From Flavobacteriales bacterium (lineage in GTDB: Bacteria > Bacteroidota > Bacteroidia > Flavobacteriales_F > PHOS-HE28): 64,000 nucleotides of DNA. The position numbers and the translations under genes are program-made. A model generated the notes under the pieces. It worked only from the letters and a program-made list of their open reading frames with translations. It did not search any database and was not told where the DNA came from. Positions 10,084 to 19,804 of the stretch are shown in pieces; the stretch's first letter is position 1, and each line of letters begins with the position of its first letter. The DNA is taken from NCBI GenBank assembly GCA_020635725.1, contig JACJZF010000009.1, forward strand, positions 24,639 to 88,638, in the 5' to 3' direction.

Positions 10084-11466
10084 TTACACCAGCATGCCCA
10101 CGATCGTGGCGCTGAGCAACGATGCCAGGGTGCCGCCGAGCAGCGCGCGCATGCCGAATTCGCTGAGCCAGGCGCGGCGGCTGGGTGCCAGCGATCCGAT
10201 GCCTCCGATCTGGATGCCGATGCTGGCGAAGTTGGCGAAGCCGCAGAGCATGTAGGTGCTCATCACGATGCTGCGTTCGTATGTGAAGGCGCCGGCTGCC
10301 TTGAGCGTAGCGAGGCTCTCGTATCCCACGAACTCGCTGGCGATGATCTTCTCGCCAACGAGCCGCCCTGTGAGCGTGATGTCCTCGCCGGCCACGCCGA
10401 TCAGCCACATGATGGGTGCGAAGAGATAGCCGAGGATGAATTCCAGCGAGAGCTTGTCGAAGTTGCCGTGGGACACCTGGGCCACCCATGGGTTCAGCCC
10501 TGTGGCGTCGCCCAGTTTATGGAAGCCGTAATTCGCCATGGCGATGAACGCGAAGAAGACGAGGAGCATGGCGCCCACGTTGGCTGCGAGCTTCAGGCCT
10601 TCGGTGGTGCCATTGCTCATCGCATCGAGGATGTTGGTGCCGACGCGCTCCATGCTCACCTCCATACGGCTCTCGATGGGCTCGGTCTGGGGGAAGAGCA
10701 CCTTGGCCACCACCACCGCGCCGGGCGCTGCCATCACGCTCGCGGTGAGCAGGTGCTTCGCGAAGAAGAGCCGCTGCACGGGGTCATCGCCACCGAGGAA
10801 TCCGACATAGGCCGCGAGCACGCCGCCCGCCACGGTGGCCATGCCCGCGGTCATCACCAGGAAGATCTCTGACCGGTTCATGCGATCCAGGTAGGCCTTC
10901 ACCATCAGTGGTGCCTCGGTCTGCCCGAGGAAGATGTTTCCGGCGGTGCTCAGGCTCTCGGCGCCGCTCAGCCTCATGGTGCGGTTGAGCGCCCACGCGA
11001 GCGCGTACACCACTTTCTGGATGATGCCGAGGTAGAAGAGCACGCTGGTGAGCGCGCTGAAGAAGATGATGGTCGGCAGGATCTGCAGGGCGAAGATGAA
11101 GCCCATGCTCTTCACGTCCATCAGGTCGCGGAAGAGGAATTCGCTGCCGGCCTTGGTGAAGTCGAGCACCTTCACGAAGAGCTTGCCCACGATCTCGAAG
11201 AGCCATTGCGCGGGCGGCACGTAGAGCACGAGCAGCGCCATCACCAGCTGGAATGCCAGTCCGATGCCCACCACCTTCCAGTCCACCTGCTTGCGCTTGG
11301 CGCTGAACAGCCACGCGATGCCCACCACCACGGCCATGCCCAGGAAGCCGCGTGCCACTCCCATGGGATTGATTCCGGGCAGCGGCATGGGCGTTCCTTG
11401 CGCCATGACAGGCAGTCCGAAGAGGATGACAGCGGGCAAGAGGATCGCGCGGAGCAGCTTCGTCAT
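10084..11466 (-). CDS. NupC/CNT-family concentrative nucleoside transporter
   Basis: Given ORF 10084..11550; start taken at ATG 11464-11466 (MTKLLRAILLPAVILFGLPVMAQG). Body has CNT-family conserved segments (GIGLAFQLVMALLV..., NIFLGQTEAPLMVKAY, GFANFASIGIQIGGIGSLAP). Confidence 0.8.
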   Translation of the reverse strand: MTKLLRAILLPAVILFGLPVMAQGTPMPLPGINPMGVARGFLGMAVVVGIAWLFSAKRKQVDWKVVGIGLAFQLVMALLVLYVPPAQWLFEIVGKLFVKVLDFTKAGSEFLFRDLMDVKSMGFIFALQILPTIIFFSALTSVLFYLGIIQKVVYALAWALNRTMRLSGAESLSTAGNIFLGQTEAPLMVKAYLDRMNRSEIFLVMTAGMATVAGGVLAAYVGFLGGDDPVQRLFFAKHLLTASVMAAPGAVVVAKVLFPQTEPIESRMEVSMERVGTNILDAMSNGTTEGLKLAANVGAMLLVFFAFIAMANYGFHKLGDATGLNPWVAQVSHGNFDKLSLEFILGYLFAPIMWLIGVAGEDITLTGRLVGEKIIASEFVGYESLATLKAAGAFTYERSIVMSTYMLCGFANFASIGIQIGGIGSLAPSRRAWLSEFGMRALLGGTLASLLSATIVGMLV

Positions 11467-11570
11467 ACGACGGTGTTTGAGGCTAAGATGCGGGTTCTTG
11501 CGATTCGGCGGGTGATCCGGCGCACAGCCCAGCACGACCCATCGCAGCACGGTTCAACCTTCAACCTGCG

Positions 11571-12152
11571 TCAGTTGGTCTGTTCGCGGCGCTTGATCTC
11601 GTCCCTGAGCTTGCTCGCCCGTTCATAATCCTCGTTCTCCAACGCTTCCTCCAGCATCCCCTGCAGCTCGTCGATGGAGGCCTCGGTCACGCTCTTCTCC
11701 TTGCTCACGTTCTTCTCGCCTTCCGCCTGCTCCTCTTCGCCTTCCTCCACCTTGAGGCCAGCGGCGCTGAGGATGGGTTCGAAGGTGTAGATGGGGCAGT
11801 CGAAGCGCAGCGCCAGGGCGATAGCGTCGCTGCTGCGCGCGTCGATCTCGGCCTCTTGCGCTTCGTGCTCGATCACCAGCTTGGCGTGGAAGATGCCCTC
11901 CACCAGATCATTGATGATCACCTCCTTCAGGTTGAAGCCGAGGTTATCGGCCACGTTCTTGAAGAGGTCGTGCGTGAGCGGACGGGCCGGCTTGATGTTC
12001 TCCACCTGGATGGCGATCGCCTGGGCCTCCACGCCGCCGATGATGATGGGCAGCCGCCGGTCGCCGAAGGTCTCCGCGAGGATGAGCGCGTACGCCCCCG
12101 CGTGCGTATGGCTGTAAGTGATGCGGAGGAACTTCAGCTCGACCTTCTCCAT
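11571..12152 (-). CDS. bifunctional nuclease (BFN/DUF151) domain protein with C-terminal UVR motif
   Basis: N-terminal region matches the BFN fold family (LAETFGDRRLPIIIGGVEAQAIAIQVENIKPARPLTHDL). The acidic C-terminus with EDYERASKLRDEIKRRE is UvrB/C-like. Confidence 0.65.
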   Translation of the reverse strand: MEKVELKFLRITYSHTHAGAYALILAETFGDRRLPIIIGGVEAQAIAIQVENIKPARPLTHDLFKNVADNLGFNLKEVIINDLVEGIFHAKLVIEHEAQEAEIDARSSDAIALALRFDCPIYTFEPILSAAGLKVEEGEEEQAEGEKNVSKEKSVTEASIDELQGMLEEALENEDYERASKLRDEIKRREQTN

Positions 12153-12225
12153 TTCCTAGCGGGCCGTGAAGGTAGGGTTTGATGCCGTTGAGGCGGAAGC
12201 GGGCAAAGGGGCCTTCGACCTGCGA

Positions 12226-13164
12226 TCAGCGTTCGGCATTGAGCTTCTTGGCGGCCTCGATGAGCTTGGGCAGCACTTCGAAGGCGTCGCCCACGATGCC
12301 GTAATCGGCGGCTTTGAAGAAGGGCGCTTCCGGATCCTTGTTGATCACAGCGATCACCTTGCTCTGGTTCACGCCCGCCAGGTGCTGGATAGCCCCGCTG
12401 ATGCCGATGGCGATGTAGCAGTTCGGGCGGATGGCCACGCCGGTCTGACCCACATGCTCGTGGTGCGGGCGCCAGTGCATATCGGCCACCGGACGGCTGC
12501 ACGCCGTGGCAGCGCCGAGCTCTTTGGCCAGTTCCTCAACAGGTCCCCAGTTCTCCGGCCCCTTCATGCCGCGTCCTGCGCTCACCACGATCTCCGCCTC
12601 GGGCAGCGGGATGCCCGTGCCGGCCTTGCGCACCTCTTTCACGGTGATGCCCGCTGGGCCAGGGTCGCCTGTGTAGTCCTCGATGGTCGCAGCGCCTTCG
12701 CCCTTCGCGACGGGAATGGAGTTGGGGGAGAGGCTTACCACCTTCACGGGGCTGCTCACCTCCACATAGGCGCGCGCCTTGCCGCTGAACACATTCCGCT
12801 TGAAACGGTTGCCCTCTGGCATGCCCGTGGCGCCGGCGACCATACCGGCCTGCAGGCGAGCTGCTACACGCGGCGCCACCGCTTTGCCCGTGGCATCGTG
12901 CACGAACACGATGGTGCTGGCGCTCTCGGCAGCGGCCACATCGGCCACGAGCTTGGTCAGCTGCTGGCTATCCACGGCCTTTACGCCGCGTGCCACGATC
13001 ACCTTCCTGGCGCCTTGTGCGCCTAGGGATTCAAGGCCATTGGCTTCGCCGAAGGTGATGGCCGTTACCGGGCCGCCGTTCAACTGGCTCGCATAGGTGA
13101 CCGCCTCCTGCGCCGCTTTGGGCAGCTTCTCTCCGCGGGTATCGATGAATACGATGGTGCTCAT
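12226..13164 (-). CDS. etfA: electron transfer flavoprotein subunit alpha
   Basis: Start taken at ATG 13162-13164 (MSTIVFIDTRGEKL...). FAD-binding C-terminal region (PNCYIAIGISGAIQHLAGVNQSKVIAVINKDPEAPFFKAADYGIVGD). Confidence 0.85.
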   Translation of the reverse strand: MSTIVFIDTRGEKLPKAAQEAVTYASQLNGGPVTAITFGEANGLESLGAQGARKVIVARGVKAVDSQQLTKLVADVAAAESASTIVFVHDATGKAVAPRVAARLQAGMVAGATGMPEGNRFKRNVFSGKARAYVEVSSPVKVVSLSPNSIPVAKGEGAATIEDYTGDPGPAGITVKEVRKAGTGIPLPEAEIVVSAGRGMKGPENWGPVEELAKELGAATACSRPVADMHWRPHHEHVGQTGVAIRPNCYIAIGISGAIQHLAGVNQSKVIAVINKDPEAPFFKAADYGIVGDAFEVLPKLIEAAKKLNAER

Positions 13165-13258
13165 GCTCTTGCTTGTTGCGGGTTGATGGTTGAGCCGGTT
13201 GGGGGTTGATGGCGGGCTGTCATCAACCCTCAATACGTGCGACCTCCAACGTTCAACC

Positions 13259-14002
13259 TCAAATGACTTTCGCTTCGCTGTGCAGCAGTTCGATCAAGGT
13301 GCCGGCCTCCTCGGCGGGGATCATCTTCACCGCGCCCTTCGGCGGGGGCATCTCGAAGCGCACGGTGGCCGCCGGCGTGGGCACGCTCGTTGCCGGCACC
13401 ACGGTCAAGGGCTTCGTGCGCGCGGCCATGATCCCGCGCATGTTGGGGATGCGCTGCTCGGCCATGCCCTTCGAAGCGCTCAGCGCCAGAGGCAGCTTCG
13501 CCTCCACCACTTCCACGCCGCCGGGCACATCGCGCTCGATGGTGGCCAGGCCATTGCTCACCTCGAGCTTGCTCGCCAAGGGCACGTAGGGCATGCCGAG
13601 CAATTCGGCCACCATGCCGCCCACCACGCCGCTGTTGTGGTCGATGGTCTCCTTGCCGGCCAGCACCAGATCGAAGCCCTTGTCCTTGGCGTACGCCGCG
13701 ATCAGCTCGGCCACCTGCAAGGCATCGGTGGGCTGCGCGTCGATCCGCACGGCCTCATCGGCGCCGATGGCCAGCCCCTTGCGGATGGTGGCCTCCGTAT
13801 CAGCGCCGCCCACGGTCACCGTGGTCACCGAGCCGCTGCCGGCCGCTTCCTTCAGCTCCAAGGCGCGCACCAGGGCGTACCATTCATCGTAGGGGTTCAT
13901 GATGAAGGTGACGCCGTTGCCATCGAATCGCGTGTCGCCATCGGTGAAGGCGATGCGCGCCGTGGTATCGGGCACCTGGCTGAGGAGGACGAGGATCTTC
14001 AT
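13259..14002 (-). CDS. etfB: electron transfer flavoprotein subunit beta
   Basis: Start ATG 14000-14002 (MKILVLLSQVPDTTARI...FIMNPYDEWYALVRALELKE). Canonical etfB lying upstream of etfA. Confidence 0.85.
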   Translation of the reverse strand: MKILVLLSQVPDTTARIAFTDGDTRFDGNGVTFIMNPYDEWYALVRALELKEAAGSGSVTTVTVGGADTEATIRKGLAIGADEAVRIDAQPTDALQVAELIAAYAKDKGFDLVLAGKETIDHNSGVVGGMVAELLGMPYVPLASKLEVSNGLATIERDVPGGVEVVEAKLPLALSASKGMAEQRIPNMRGIMAARTKPLTVVPATSVPTPAATVRFEMPPPKGAVKMIPAEEAGTLIELLHSEAKVI

Positions 14003-14108
14003 GCGTTCGGATGCGGGCCGCGAAAGTACGGCCGGGCGCTCAGGGGAGGAACCGCCGCGGGCATTACTTTTCCCTGCCACGCACGTCATCGCACCCAACA
14101 GCAACACC

Positions 14109-15479
14109 ATGGCAGCACGTTACGCCAGCCTCTTACTGGCCTCCTCATTCCCCCTGCTCGCCGCACGGGCCTCAGCGCAGAACGCCCTGGATTTCGATGG
14201 CATCGACGATCAGGTCATCGTCTCCGCGGCCTCGGCCACCATTGCCGATAGCACGACGCTCTCGCTCACCTGCTGGGTGTATCCGCGCAACAACGTCACC
14301 TCCTTCCCCGACCTGGACGGTTATGCGGGATTCCGGAATGAGACCGATGCCGATTTCTACCTGCTCCAGCTCTACAACAACAACCTGGAGGGCCGTTTCC
14401 GGAACAGCAGCGGAACGGTCTTCACGGCCACCACTTCCGCCGGCATCGCGCTGAACACCTGGCACCATGTGGGCCTGACCTATGATGGGAGCACGATCAC
14501 CATCTGGGTCGATGGGGCCATGGCGGCCAGTGCCCCGGCCAACGGCACCATCTCCAACCCCAGCGTACCCTTCACCATCGGGAACATCAACTTCAACGCC
14601 CAACCCTTCTGGTTCAAGGGCAAGCTGGATGAGGTGGCGCTTTGGCACCGGGCGCTCAGCGCCGAGGAGATGGAATGCCTGGGTGCAGCCCCGCCTGATC
14701 CGGCGGACCCGCACCTCGCGCTCTACTACAGCTGCGATCAAGGCATCGCGGGCGGCGATAATACCGGCACGACCGTGCTCACGGATGACGTGGGCTCCAT
14801 GGATGGTGCACTCCAGGGCTTCGCCTTGGCCGGCAACGGCAGCAACTTCGTGCCGGGTACCGTGTTCGGCACGGCGGTCAGCGACCAGATTTGTCCCGGC
14901 GGCACGTACGATTTCAATGGAGAGACCCTGACGGGACCCGGTGTCTACACCACCGTCTTCGCCACCGGAGGGCTCTGCGACAGCACCGTTGTGCTCACCC
15001 TCACCGAGACCACCGTGAACACCGGCGTGGCGCAGAACGTCAACACCCTGATCGCCCAGGCCAGCGGCGCCAGCTACCATTGGCTCGATTGCGCCAGCGG
15101 ATCGCCCATACCCGGGGCCACGAATCAGTACTACACGACGTTCGTGACCGGGCAATTCGCGGTGATCATCACCCAGAATGGCTGCGTGGATACCAGTGCC
15201 TGCTACAACGTGACCACCATCGGGATCGAGGAGCAGCGCATGCCGAACGCCCGGCTCTGGCCGCAGCCCGTTACGGATGCGTTGAGCGTAGAGCTGTCCG
15301 CGCCGGTTACGAACGCCGCGATCCGCATCGCAGACCTCACCGGGCGCATCACCCATCGACGCACGATGCCGCAGCTGTCCCGCGCATCGTTCGACATGGG
15401 CGATCTGCCCCCCGGTCTGTATTTCCTGGAGATCGAGGCGCAGGGCTTGCGTCAGGCCTGGCGGTTCGTGAAGGAATAA
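14109..15479 (+). CDS. LamG/concanavalin-A-like domain secreted protein with T9SS C-terminal sorting domain
   Basis: Start ATG 14109 ([24 protein letters not shown] signal peptide). LamG-like motifs ([12 protein letters not shown]...[19 protein letters not shown]...[15 protein letters not shown]). C-terminal approx 70 aa ([14 protein letters not shown]...[10 protein letters not shown]...) has T9SS CTD character. Confidence 0.7.
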   Translation: MAARYASLLLASSFPLLAARASAQNALDFDGIDDQVIVSAASATIADSTTLSLTCWVYPRNNVTSFPDLDGYAGFRNETDADFYLLQLYNNNLEGRFRNSSGTVFTATTSAGIALNTWHHVGLTYDGSTITIWVDGAMAASAPANGTISNPSVPFTIGNINFNAQPFWFKGKLDEVALWHRALSAEEMECLGAAPPDPADPHLALYYSCDQGIAGGDNTGTTVLTDDVGSMDGALQGFALAGNGSNFVPGTVFGTAVSDQICPGGTYDFNGETLTGPGVYTTVFATGGLCDSTVVLTLTETTVNTGVAQNVNTLIAQASGASYHWLDCASGSPIPGATNQYYTTFVTGQFAVIITQNGCVDTSACYNVTTIGIEEQRMPNARLWPQPVTDALSVELSAPVTNAAIRIADLTGRITHRRTMPQLSRASFDMGDLPPGLYFLEIEAQGLRQAWRFVKE

Positions 15480-15535
15480 GCACATCCGCCGAACGCCCGC
15501 CCCGCTACCTTCGCCCGCTGAAACCGCAAGCCGAC

Positions 15536-16519
15536 ATGCGCACCATCCAGTACCGCGAGGCCCTCAACGAGGCGATGTCCGAGGAGATGCGCCGCGACCC
15601 CAACGTCTTCCTCATGGGCGAGGAGGTAGCCGAGTATGACGGCGCATACAAGGTGAGCAAGGGCATGCTGGCCGAGTTCGGCGAGAAGCGCGTGATCGAT
15701 ACGCCCATCGCCGAGCTGGGCTTCGCCGCCATCGGTGTGGGCGCCGCCATGAACGGCTTGCGGCCCATCGTGGAGTTCATGACCTGGAACTTCGCCATCC
15801 TCGCGGCCGACCAGATCATCAACCACGCAGCCAAGATGCTGCAGATGAGCGGCGGCCAGTTCCATGTGCCCATCGTGTTCCGCGGTGGCAATGGCAGCGC
15901 CGGACAGCTCGCCGCCACGCACAGCCAGAGCTTCGAGGCCATGTACGCCAACGTGCCGGGCCTGAAGGTGGTGACCCCGAGCACGCCCTACGACGCGAAG
16001 GGCCTGCTCAAGGCCGCGATCCGTGACAATGACCCGGTGCTCTTCATGGAGAGCGAGCGCATGTATGGCGACAAAGGCGAGGTGCCCGACGGCGAGTACC
16101 TGCTGCCCATCGGCAAGGCCGGCATCAAGCGCGAAGGCAAGGATGTCACCATCGTCTCCTTCGGGAAGATGATGAAGGTGGCCCTGGCCGCGGCTGAGGA
16201 ACTGATGAAGGAAGGCATCGATGCCGAGGTGATTGATCTGCGCACCATCCGCCCGTGGGATCATGCCACGGTGCTGAGCAGCGTGCGCAAGACCAACCGC
16301 TTGGTGGTGGTGGATGAGAACTGGCCTGTGGCGAGCATCGCCAGTGAAGTGGCCTACCGCGTGCAGAAGGATGCCTTCGATGCGCTGGATGCACCCGTGC
16401 TGCGCATCAACCAAGCCGATACGCCGCTGCCCTTCGCGCCGAACCTGATCGATGCCTCCTTGCCGAGCCCCGCGAAAGTGGTACGCGCCGTGAAGGAGGT
16501 GATGTACCTGGTGAAGTAG
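15536..16519 (+). CDS. pyruvate/2-oxoacid dehydrogenase E1 component beta subunit (transketolase-like)
   Basis: [60 protein letters not shown]... is typical E1-beta. The alpha subunit is not in the window. Confidence 0.85.
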   Translation: MRTIQYREALNEAMSEEMRRDPNVFLMGEEVAEYDGAYKVSKGMLAEFGEKRVIDTPIAELGFAAIGVGAAMNGLRPIVEFMTWNFAILAADQIINHAAKMLQMSGGQFHVPIVFRGGNGSAGQLAATHSQSFEAMYANVPGLKVVTPSTPYDAKGLLKAAIRDNDPVLFMESERMYGDKGEVPDGEYLLPIGKAGIKREGKDVTIVSFGKMMKVALAAAEELMKEGIDAEVIDLRTIRPWDHATVLSSVRKTNRLVVVDENWPVASIASEVAYRVQKDAFDALDAPVLRINQADTPLPFAPNLIDASLPSPAKVVRAVKEVMYLVK

Positions 16520-16585
16520 GGGCTCACGGCCGCCATCGTCTCTCCGTCGCGGACCCGTCAACGCGATGGATCGATAAACGACTTG

Positions 16586-16668
16586 TGCCCGGGGCGGGAC
16601 TCGAACCCGCACAGCCTTGCGGCCAAGGGATTTTAAGTCCCTCGTGTCTACCATTTCACCACCCGGGC
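16586..16668 (-). tRNA. tRNA-Leu (anticodon TAA), long variable arm
   Basis: Minus-strand sequence GCCCGGGTGGTGAAATGGTAGACACGAGGGACTTAAAATCCCTTGGCCGCAAGGCTGTGCGGGTTCGAGTCCCGCCCCGGGCA folds as a cloverleaf. Anticodon loop is CTTAAAA; T-loop is GGTTCGAGTCC. Confidence 0.8.
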
Positions 16669-16680
16669 GATGGATGGGCC

Positions 16681-16714
16681 GTAAAACAACGATGCCTCCC
16701 GTGAAGGAGGCATC
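16681..16714 (-). terminator. stem-loop followed by a T-run on the minus strand, between the two tRNA genes
   Basis: gatgcctcc-cgtgaa-ggaggcatc is a perfect 9-bp stem. The minus strand continues gttgttttac. Confidence 0.35.
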
Positions 16715-16719
16715 TTCTG

Positions 16720-16792
<73 letters not shown>

Positions 16793-16835
16793 GTAGGGGG
16801 CGCAAATATAGATCGCGCACGTTTCCCTCCAAACG

Positions 16836-19802
16836 TCACCAGCTTTCGAAACATCGGTCGGCCGCGCGAACGCGGAAGCCGCGCTCCTGCAGGCTATCGC
16901 CTTGATTCGACCACAGGTAGATCCGGAGCTCCTCGCCGGGGCGATAAAGCTCATCCACCGGCTGCACCGCATAGCAAGGCGCTTCCGTGGGCCCATGCAC
17001 CCTGATGGGCAGTGCCCGGTATTCCGTGGTGCGCTCGCCTAAACGCCGCTCCACCACCACCACGGCATCCGCCGGACGTGGCGCGCTCGCCTGGAGGTCG
17101 ATCACCAATGCGCCATCGCGTGCCCCACGCAGGCTGTCCAGCACGATGCGGCATCCGCTGCCGAACGGATCCGCGGCCGTGAGCCAATGCCGCGCGCTCG
17201 TATCGACAGCATGAAGCACGGTCCATGGGGCTGGTTCAGGTTTGGGCCGCAGAACAAGGTGCGTTCCTCGCGCATCGGTGCTCACCATCTCCGTCGCATA
17301 ATGATCCAGGATCATGGCGCGCACTGCAGGATGGGCCTTCAGCGCAACGTCGAACCAATGGAGCGCGCGCTCGGTAGCCGGTGCCCGCTCCGTGCGGTGG
17401 CGCGCGGCGGCCTGCAGCACGGCCCACGCGGTGCCCACATCGCGCGCCTCGTTCGCCCGTAGGCGCCAACCCACCATGTCGCCCGCGGTGGGCATGGGGC
17501 TCGTACCATCGTCGTTCAGGATCACGGACGCGTTGTCCGGCAGGTCGGCGACGGATCGCTTCATCCAGCGCTCCGCGCGTGGTCGTGGGCGCTCGTGGGC
17601 GAAGAGCGACCAAAGGGTCATGCTAAGCAGCAGCGCGACCGCGCCGATGGGAAGGGCGCGAGGCGGTTCGACGGCCAGCGCCAGGAGCAAAGCGAAGAAA
17701 CTGGTGAGCGAGAGGCCGAGCAGCCACGGGACGATCGGCTTCCGATAGCGGAAGAGCACCTCATGCTCGCCGGCCGGCACCACCACCGACATCGCGGCGA
17801 TGTTCACCAAGCGGATGGGAGAGGCCAGGCCATCGATGCGCGCCTCCCAGCCGGGATAATGGCTCTGCTGCAGCACCAACAGGGCCGTGTCTCGCACGGA
17901 GCAGCGCATGCGGAACGCATCACGCTCGAAGCCGATCACCTCCACCTGATCCGCGGGTCCGCGCGCGCGCGCCGCTTCAGAGGTGCTCCCGGGCATGAGC
18001 ACCACGAGTCCGCTATCCCTTTCGGCATGCACCGCACGGGGATCGTAGCCGTGCCACGGGATGATCCGCTCCGCCAGATAGGCGATGGGCTGACGCGCCA
18101 TCGCCTCCCAGAGCGCGGCGTGCGAGACCTCCAGGTCCATGGCGTTGCGCAGCCAGAAGCTGTTGACGCCGTTGCGGGAGAAGCCGCCGAGGAAGTCCTG
18201 CGTATTGTGCGCCAGGTAATGCAGCCGCGCCCCGCTATCGTCGTATCGGCTCATCGGTTCCGCGCGGGGAATCGCCGGGCCTTCGCTCAAAGCGCTCAGG
18301 CGATGGCTCAGCCACGATGGCCGGATGTCGGAGAGCGCGGTGTTCCATTGCGCCAGCGAGCTGTTCCAGCCCATCTCCACTACCACAGAGAGCAGCACGA
18401 CCGCGAAGCCGAGGCGCTTAGTGCCCCCGAGCACCAACACGATCAGCAGCAGGGGCATGCTGACCGCCGCGCCCAGCCAGACCCGATCGCGCAGGTCCAT
18501 GGCGCGCATGCGCTCGAACAAGCTGACCGGTGATCCAGAGGCGAGCGGCTCCGGCTCAGCGGATAGGGCGACCACCGCTGCAGCGCCGAGCACCACGGCG
18601 ATTGGAATGATGAGCTTCCACCGTTCAAGCGCCGCGCCCCACCAGGCCTTCAACGTGCCCGCGGCAAGCACCAGCACCGCCAGCCAGGTGAACCACCGGA
18701 AATAGGCGGGGAAGCGGAAGAGGTCCATGCCCGGCAACCAGCGCCAGAGCCCACGGTGCATGGGCGTGGCATCGCCGAATGCGGCCAGCGCGCATACCGC
18801 GCCGAACACCAGGAGCAGGTTCTCCACGGCCGAGCGCTTCCGCAGCAACGCCGCCAGGGCGAACGCGAGGATGAGGGCACCCATGTATGCGTTGGACATC
18901 GGCGGGTCGGTGCCCAAGCGCTCCATGTCGCTCCCGGTGGCGAACGGGAAGAACAGCGAGAGGAGCGATGGCCGTGTGAGCGCGCCAACCGATGCCGCCT
19001 GGAGATCCAACGCCCCGTCACGCGCCAGCAGGCCGCGGGTCTCCCACAACGCGTGAAGCGGCAGTGCGCCGATGAGCGCTGCGGCCAGCACGGCCAGGCC
19101 AGCCCACCGCACGAGCGGCGCAAGGCCACGCATGCCCGCGCCGCGTGAGGTGCGCCAGGCCTGTTGGATCGTCAGCGCGAGCAGCAGATACGCCGCGATG
19201 ATGGTGAAGGTGTGGTTGCCCCCGGTGAGCAGCAGTCCTTGGAACAGCGCCACGCGCGCGGCGGGTCGCCAGCCCGGTTCGCGCAGCAGATGCAGGAATG
19301 CATCGAGCAGCCACGGCAGCCAGGCCGCGCTGATGATCGTGTAGAAATGCTGCTGATGACCGGTGAGGAAGCCGCCCAGCGCATAGGCCGTACCGATCAC
19401 CAGGCCGATGCGTGCGTCGTGATGCAGGGAGCGGATGAGACGTGCCATGCCCCAGCCACCGATCATGAGATAGAGCAGGTACAGCCCTTGCAGCACGTGC
19501 ACGCCATGCCCGAGCGTGCCGCCCAGCGCCAGCGCCTCGATGTACCCGGATGGCCCTTGGAGGTCGGCGTGCATGGGGTAGCCGAATTGCTGGTGCGGGT
19601 TCCAGAGCGGGAGCTGGCCGCTTTTCAGGCAATCGCTGATGAACCAGCGCCAGGGAAGCCAGCAATTGAGCGTATCGCCGTGGGCCACGGTCCACTGGAA
19701 ACTCGCGAGCGGCCAATAGGTGAGAGCCACGGCGAGGGCGATCACAAGCACGCCCCACCGCGCGGCCCAGGCCTGCTCACGGTCCACGGCATCCGGGGCC
19801 AT
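16836..19802 (-). CDS. YfhO-family polytopic membrane protein (about 988 aa)
   Basis: Many predicted TM helices across about 450 aa, then a large soluble C-terminal region. Size and architecture match Bacteroidota YfhO-family proteins. Start ATG 19800-19802 lies 2 nt after the mutS stop. Confidence 0.65.
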   Translation of the reverse strand: MAPDAVDREQAWAARWGVLVIALAVALTYWPLASFQWTVAHGDTLNCWLPWRWFISDCLKSGQLPLWNPHQQFGYPMHADLQGPSGYIEALALGGTLGHGVHVLQGLYLLYLMIGGWGMARLIRSLHHDARIGLVIGTAYALGGFLTGHQQHFYTIISAAWLPWLLDAFLHLLREPGWRPAARVALFQGLLLTGGNHTFTIIAAYLLLALTIQQAWRTSRGAGMRGLAPLVRWAGLAVLAAALIGALPLHALWETRGLLARDGALDLQAASVGALTRPSLLSLFFPFATGSDMERLGTDPPMSNAYMGALILAFALAALLRKRSAVENLLLVFGAVCALAAFGDATPMHRGLWRWLPGMDLFRFPAYFRWFTWLAVLVLAAGTLKAWWGAALERWKLIIPIAVVLGAAAVVALSAEPEPLASGSPVSLFERMRAMDLRDRVWLGAAVSMPLLLIVLVLGGTKRLGFAVVLLSVVVEMGWNSSLAQWNTALSDIRPSWLSHRLSALSEGPAIPRAEPMSRYDDSGARLHYLAHNTQDFLGGFSRNGVNSFWLRNAMDLEVSHAALWEAMARQPIAYLAERIIPWHGYDPRAVHAERDSGLVVLMPGSTSEAARARGPADQVEVIGFERDAFRMRCSVRDTALLVLQQSHYPGWEARIDGLASPIRLVNIAAMSVVVPAGEHEVLFRYRKPIVPWLLGLSLTSFFALLLALAVEPPRALPIGAVALLLSMTLWSLFAHERPRPRAERWMKRSVADLPDNASVILNDDGTSPMPTAGDMVGWRLRANEARDVGTAWAVLQAAARHRTERAPATERALHWFDVALKAHPAVRAMILDHYATEMVSTDARGTHLVLRPKPEPAPWTVLHAVDTSARHWLTAADPFGSGCRIVLDSLRGARDGALVIDLQASAPRPADAVVVVERRLGERTTEYRALPIRVHGPTEAPCYAVQPVDELYRPGEELRIYLWSNQGDSLQERGFRVRAADRCFESW

Positions 19803-19804
19803 GC

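Noticed and set aside
12166-14251. Plus-strand ORFs 12166..13026 and 13190..14251
   Set aside because: They lie antisense to etfA/etfB, which have unambiguous family signatures.
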